A program made the translations under genes and the position numbers. From Squalus acanthias (Eukaryota), in the NCBI GenBank assembly GCA_030390025.1, contig CM059431.1:128776001-128840000 (forward strand): 64,000 nt of DNA. Direction: 5' to 3'. The notes under the pieces are model-generated. The model made no database searches and was not told the DNA's origin. It worked only from the letters and a program-made list of their open reading frames with translations. Below are positions 59,367 through 64,000 of this stretch, piece after piece; position 1 is the stretch's first letter, and every line of letters begins with the position of its first letter.

Positions 59367-60792
59367 ATGAGAGGCACGTTGGATGTGTTTGACCGCACAT
59401 CGGAAGAGGAAGAACATCATCATCCACGGTAGCGACAAAATGCAGTGGTGGGATCAGCATGTGCACAGGAGGGAGGTGCATAGGAGAGACATGCACAGGA
59501 GAGAGGTGCACAGGAGAGTGCCAAGGTCACAGGATGTACTAGCCATGTCACAGGGTTTACAGATAGAGCCTTTGCTTCCTTGACCTCTCAGAAGAGCAGT
59601 GCTTTCGCAGGCTGATGTCGTCATCTCAGGTGGTGGCAGCACGGTGGCATAGTGGTTAGCACTGTTGCCTCACAGCGCCAGGGACCCGGGTTCGAATCCG
59701 GCCACGGGTGACTGTCTGTGTGGAGTTTGCACATTCTCCCCGTGTCTGCGTGGGTTTCCTCCGGGTGCTCCGGTTTCCTCCCACAGTCCAAAGATGTGCG
59801 GGTTAGGTTGATTTGGCTATGATAAATTGACCCTTAGTGTTAGGGGGGATTAAATACGTGGGGTTACGGGGATAGGGTGGGATATGTGTTGGTGCAGGCT
59901 CGATGGGCCGAAATGGCCTCTATCTGCACTGTGGGGATTCTGTGATTCTGTGACATCTGCAGCCTCCTACAGAAAGATGTGCTCCCGCTGGTTCCTTCCA
60001 GGGTTCTACTGGAGACATCTCAAGGGTCTTGCAGCCCGCTGCACATAAATGCATAAGTCAGGTGTCGGACGGATAGTTTGCCAGGGCTGGGAGTTATATA
60101 AACTTCTCCTGTGATGACGATAGCCAGAATGAGTGGGCATTCAGATGCGCCTCTCTGGCTAGGTTCCCACAGATGCAGGGTGCCACCGAATGCACACACG
60201 TGGCAATCCAAACATAACGCAACAACCAGGAGTTTTTATCAACCACAAGGGATATTTGTCCATCAATGTGCAGCTGGTATGCAACCACAAGAAGATGTTC
60301 ATGCAGGTCCGCGCCAAATTCCTTGGGAACTGTCATGATGCATTCATACTGTGGCAGTCCAACATCCCAATCCTTTTTGTTCCAGGAAGAAGACTCAGGA
60401 CAGAAGCGTAAGAGACATGGGATACCCCCTTCAAACTTGGCTCATGACACCAATGAGGCCAAGGAGCACTACAAAGAGAGCCGCATGACCAAGCCATCGG
60501 TATGTTGAAGATACGCTTCAGGTGTTGCGATAGGTCTGGAGGCGCGCTTCAGTACTCGCCAGTGAGGGCGTCCAGAATAATAGTGGTGTGCTGCTTCATG
60601 CACAAAATCGCGCAGTAGAGAGGTTTGTAGGTTGAGGAGGACTAAGGGGCTCATCACTCATCTTCGGATGAGGAGAACATAGAGAAGGAGCAGGAGGAGG
60701 AGGAGAAAGATGTGGCACCTATCGCTAGACCAGACGCTTACACTGCTGCCCGGAATGCCAGGGATGCCCTAATATTGCAACGGTTCACCTAG
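59367..60792 (+). pseudogene. Harbinger transposase, decayed, interrupted by a SINE
   Basis: GSFQGSTGDIS, QG..ECTHVAI, FINHKGYLSINVQLVC, HDAFIL, GMLKIRFRC, IVVCCFMH, acidic tail, RFT*. Confidence 0.85.
59635..59953 (+). mobile_element. tRNA-derived V-SINE (shark HE1-like)
   Basis: A box TGGCATAGTGG, B box GGTTCGAATCC, V-domain TGTGTGGAGTTTGCAC..GGGTTTCCTCCGGGTGCTCCGGTTTCCTCCCAC, CR1-type tail GATTCTGT. Confidence 0.92.
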
Positions 60793-61104
60793 TGTAAAAC
60801 ATAAGAAATGAAATCCTACAGTCTGCTCCCACCACCTGGACCACCCCCCCCCCCCCCCCAACCCCCTCCCTTCGCTCTAAACAGTCCTTCAACCAGTCAT
60901 CCACCCGTTGCACATCCACCCAATGGGTCCCATCATGCATTGACATTCATCATAAAAAAAGTGAAGAGGCAAGTGGCATTCGGGATGCATTAATGGGCAA
61001 GAGGCGGAAGTGGTGCTAATCAATAAATTTTATGTGGCATTATAAAAAAGGAATCTTAACAACATAACATTTTGTCAAACATACATGTACATACACTTGG
61101 TGAA

Positions 61105-62641
61105 TTACAATATCTTAAACTTACGCTTCCTACCGCTTCTACATGGCCCAGCCTGTGTGGCTTCAGCAGAGGTAGAGGCAGACTGCTCAGATCCCTGCCC
61201 TGACTTCTGAGATGCTTTTGGCCTATGCCTTCTGGGCCTTGAGGGCCCCACCGAAGACTGCTCCACCTGCACATGTGCAGGGGCAGACCTGACCATTGGG
61301 AGAAGAGGCAATGTCAGGTACTGGCTGGGGGTGGAGTGGGATGCGGCGGGGGGAGGGGTGGGTGTCAACGGGTGAGAAGCGGGAGTGCTTTGAGTGGAGT
61401 TCCCACTTCCATGTTCCCTTTTGTCATCATCCCTCTCCTGAGCCAGCGCCACATCACTCCTACCACTCTGCTGGAAAGCAGCTTGGTGCAGATCAGTGGT
61501 GCAATGTAAAGCCGTGAATACAGTGTCTGTCATCCAATCATCCCCGTAATTTTTTGGGGGGCCACGTGACCCCTTTAACGGGCTGCACAGCCCATTCAAA
61601 AGTCCGTGCATGCGTGGTGTTTTCAATTGAAAAGCTGGCTCACCGGCTGCGCGGGACCCCTGAACATGACTGCACTGCTTAAAAGGAACACTGCTGTCAT
61701 CCTGTTTAAGGTGGCAGACATTCCTTGCATGGCCGTGGTCATTTGAGAGTCATGCTTGAAGTTCCAAGGAGGTGGCCACACTCTCCAAACAGACATTCTT
61801 ACAATTCCCTGCACTACTAATCCACTAACATCGAGCTTGACTCCTCCATGCTCAAGGGAAAGTGGAGTTGAGGTAGAAGATCAGCCATGATCTTATTGAA
61901 TGGCGGAGCAGGCTCGAGGGGTTGTATGGCCGACTCTTGCTCCTAATTCTTATGATCTTATATTCTCTCCACTTTTGTGGAGAATGTACGTGGCCCATCT
62001 GTCAGTACGTGGGTAAGTAGCTGATGCACCGCTAGCATTCTCCTTTGCAACAATATCCCCCAGGGTTCAACATCTGTGTCCAGCTGAGCAGAGCTTGGAC
62101 AGCATTGCTCCCCCCGACTCAGACTCTCCACAGCAGTCCCTGCTACCAGTGTCTGCTCGTGCTCATTTGCAAGCTGTGAATCACCAGTTGAAAACCCAAC
62201 TAACTGTCTAAGTGGACTGAAATGCGAGTATTTGAGTTGGAGCATGGCTGTACGTTCTATGATGGTGCAACCTCTGAAGGAATGAGATCCTCTGAGGAAT
62301 TATCCTCATAGATGTCCTGTGACACGTGCTTTACACGTGAAGTCCCTGGAAGTCAATAGAAAGGGGTATGATTTAGTCATGGCAAAGTCACAATCTTGAC
62401 AATCTCCATACTCAGTCTTCTCATAGTTCAGTCATTGATGAAATTAAGTCAGCATATGTGTGTCAGAGATATTTGTAATTCTGTCACCAGCTAACTGCGA
62501 GCTCCCTGTCTCTCCATGTCCAACTGAGAGGGATGCAGATATGACACTTATCTTCAGGACTTCCTCCTCTGTGAGCTGGATTATTTGTGGTGGGCCACCT
62601 CCAGTTCTCTCCCTCTCCCTTGTGTTTTGCACTCTTTTCTC
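61105..62641 (-). pseudogene. Harbinger Myb/SANT-like gene exons 2-3, decayed (CR1 tail fragment inserted about 61815-61960)
   Basis: RERERTGGGPP, SSAQL, ERDDD.REH, C-terminal RSGRKRK; homologous to 247-882. Confidence 0.75.
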
Positions 62642-62829
62642 CTACTAGTGGTGAAAAAACAGACCTGTGAGTGAGTGAAGGTTAGGTATTCACCCGATGG
62701 ATGCAGTGCATTCGGTGAGGGTGACTATGAGACAGATGAATCACATTGCATAAGGATTGGGGTGAGTAGCAACGGTGGATGGATAAATGAGGAGATGATG
62801 AAGTGCATAGAAAATGAAGGCTTGTTGCT

Positions 62830-63625
62830 GCTTGAAAAAATGTTTCCCCGTGTTGCCTCTGGTTCTGTTGCCAATCACATTAAATCTGTTCCCTCTGGCA
62901 ATCGACCCTTCAGCCATTGGAAACAGTTTCTCTTTATTTACTCTTTCTAAACCCTTCGTGATTTTAAACACCTCTACTAAATCTCTTCTTAGCCTTCTCT
63001 GCTTCAAGGAAAACAACTCCAGCTTCCCCAGTCTATCCACGTAACTGTATTCCCTCATCCCTGGAACCATTCTAGTAAATGTCTTCTGTACCCACTCCAA
63101 AGTGTGGTGCCCAGAATTGGGCACAATTCTCCAGCTGGGGCCAAACTAGTGTTTTATACAGGCTTAACATAATTTCTTGGCTTTTGTACTCTATGCCTCT
63201 ATTTATAAAACTCAGGATCCCAAATACTTTAGTAACCTGCTTTGTTAACCTGTCCTGCCACTTTCAAAGATTTCTGCACAAACACTCCCAGGTCTCTCTG
63301 TTCTTGCACCCACTTTTAAATTGTACCATTTAGCTTGTATTGTCTCTCCTCATTCATTCTTCCTGCCAAAATGTATCAACTCACATTTTCCTGCATTGAA
63401 TTTCATCTACCATGTGTCCGCCCATTCCACCAGCATGTCTATGTCCTCTTGAAGTCTATTACTATCTTCCTCACTGTTTACTACACTTCCAAGATTTGCG
63501 TCATCTGCAAATTTCAAAATTGTGCCCTGTACCCCCAAGTCCAAGTCATTAATGTATATCAAAAACAGCAGTGGCCCTAGTACTGAACCTTGGGGAACTC
63601 CACAGTATACCACCTTCCAGTCCAA
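62830..63625 (-). mobile_element. CR1 RT fragment
   Basis: [38 protein letters not shown]. Confidence 0.9.
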
Positions 63626-63629
63626 ATGA

Positions 63630-63910
63630 GCAGATAATCTGTTTTTAGTGGTGTTGGTTGAGGAATAAATATTGGCCAGGATGCTGGGGAGAATTCCCCA
63701 GCTCTTCTTCAAAACAGTGCCACGGGATCTTTTAAGTCCGCGTGAGAGGGCAGACAGGAGCTCACTTTAACATCTCATCCAAAAGAATTCCACTGAGCAC
63801 TTCCTCATTACTGCAGAGTCAACCTAGATTTTGTGCTCAATTATTTGAAGTGGGACTTAAACCTACAACTTCCTGACTCAGAGGTGAGAGTGCTGCCACT
63901 GAGCTACAGC
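63630..63910 (-). mobile_element. DeuSINE-like tRNA-derived SINE fragment
   Basis: Similar to 58210-58300, with a tRNA-like head (TAGCTCAGTGG...TCTGAGTCAGGAAGTTGTAGGTTTAAGTCCCAC) on minus. Confidence 0.55.
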
Positions 63911-64000
63911 TGACATAAACACTCAGAACTGACTGGCCAAGTCAAAAGTACTTACAATAGTGCTGCATAAGTAGATAGACCCTTGTAACCATTATAAATT

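Larger units (their letters stand above)
58480..62830. mobile_element. Decayed autonomous-type Harbinger (transposase on plus, Myb/SANT exons on minus); right end not seen
   Basis: Terminus GGGGGAATTTT; convergent genes arranged as in 1-3023. Confidence 0.8.

Noticed and set aside
59455..59520. 15-bp tandem repeat as a CRISPR-like or regulatory array
   Set aside because: Four-copy minisatellite in the variable N-terminus of the transposase; no spacers.
59635..59705. tRNA gene
   Set aside because: It is the tRNA-derived head of a V-SINE, continuing into the V domain and a LINE tail.

Overview
Repeat-saturated vertebrate DNA, most likely from a shark or other cartilaginous fish, inferred from an HE1-type V-SINE, CR1 LINEs with TATGACTC/TATGTTCT tails and DeuSINE-like tails. 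I found no recognisable host protein-coding gene. The centrepiece is a complete 11.2 kb provirus-like LTR element at 8596-19819. It has TG..CA LTRs of about 1.45 kb, a 4-bp TSD (CTGT), an 18-nt tRNA-Arg PBS and an intact gag. It has no pol; a Gag-coiled-coil/acidic-repeat ORF sits in its place. Its env, broken by two in-frame stops, fuses an Ig-like domain to a paramyxovirus-F-like class I fusogen, which suggests a lokiretrovirus-like element. A Penelope retroelement carrying minimal hammerhead ribozymes sits in its 5' LTR. A divergent solo LTR at 29837-30848 shares the same splice-donor/polyA/U5-hairpin architecture. The rest is deeply nested PIF/Harbinger elements (transposase plus spliced Myb/SANT gene, deletion derivatives and MITEs), CR1, L2 and other LINEs, SINEs and decayed Gypsy fragments. 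All family assignments are by motif recognition, not database search.
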